Position numbers and translations under genes: made by a program. This document shows, in pieces, positions 41,669 through 41,669 of a stretch of 41,669 bases of DNA; within the stretch, counting starts at the first letter, position 1, and each line of letters opens with the position of its first letter. The DNA lies in contig JBDKUU010000806.1 in the NCBI GenBank assembly GCA_039679525.1, positions 1-41,669 of the forward strand, written 5' to 3'. Below the pieces are notes generated by a model, which did no database searches, was not told the DNA's origin, and saw only the letters and a program-made list of their open reading frames with translations. The DNA is from Phycisphaerales bacterium. Lineage in GTDB: Bacteria > Planctomycetota > Phycisphaerae > Sedimentisphaerales > Anaerobacaceae.

Positions 41669-41669
41669 C

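Overview
This GC-rich 41.7-kb window reads as most of a temperate siphovirus genome or prophage with HK97/GTA-like gene order. It is transcribed almost entirely on the minus strand. From right to left it contains: a possible capsid C-terminus; a ~6.5-kb glycosyltransferase/methyltransferase island; a gp6-like connector, head-closure protein, HK97-gp10-like protein and DUF3168-like terminator; the major tail protein; a G/GT chaperone with a canonical -1 slippery site; the tape measure; and distal-tail, hub and fibre proteins carrying LamG and beta-helix modules. Next come a plus-strand accessory block (SGNH hydrolase and others) and a tyrosine integrase beside a 3' fragment of tRNA-Met, which looks like attP. 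Further left are about 12 small early genes and a nucleotide/DNA-modification-like cluster (DUF5131, vWA, PurA/PurZ-like, TGT/DpdA-like, replisome organiser). The left end holds two pentanucleotide (GCCNN)n arrays, an HNH endonuclease and a PP-loop enzyme. The most interesting signals are these: (1) At least six virion proteins carry Ser/Ala/Pro 'SASPSAS' tags, and the structural operon encodes tandem DxH GT-A glycosyltransferases plus methyltransferases, which suggests phage-encoded mucin-type virion O-glycosylation. (2) Two arrays with strict 5-nt periodicity and a recurring 11-mer punctuation bracket a two-gene module. (3) A PurA/PurZ-like enzyme and a DpdA-like enzyme share one operon. (4) Families of 7-10-nt tandem mini-repeats fill nearly every intergenic spacer, sometimes as 30-bp inverted pairs around cassettes and sometimes read through in frame. 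All homology calls come from motif recognition by eye and memory; no searches were run.
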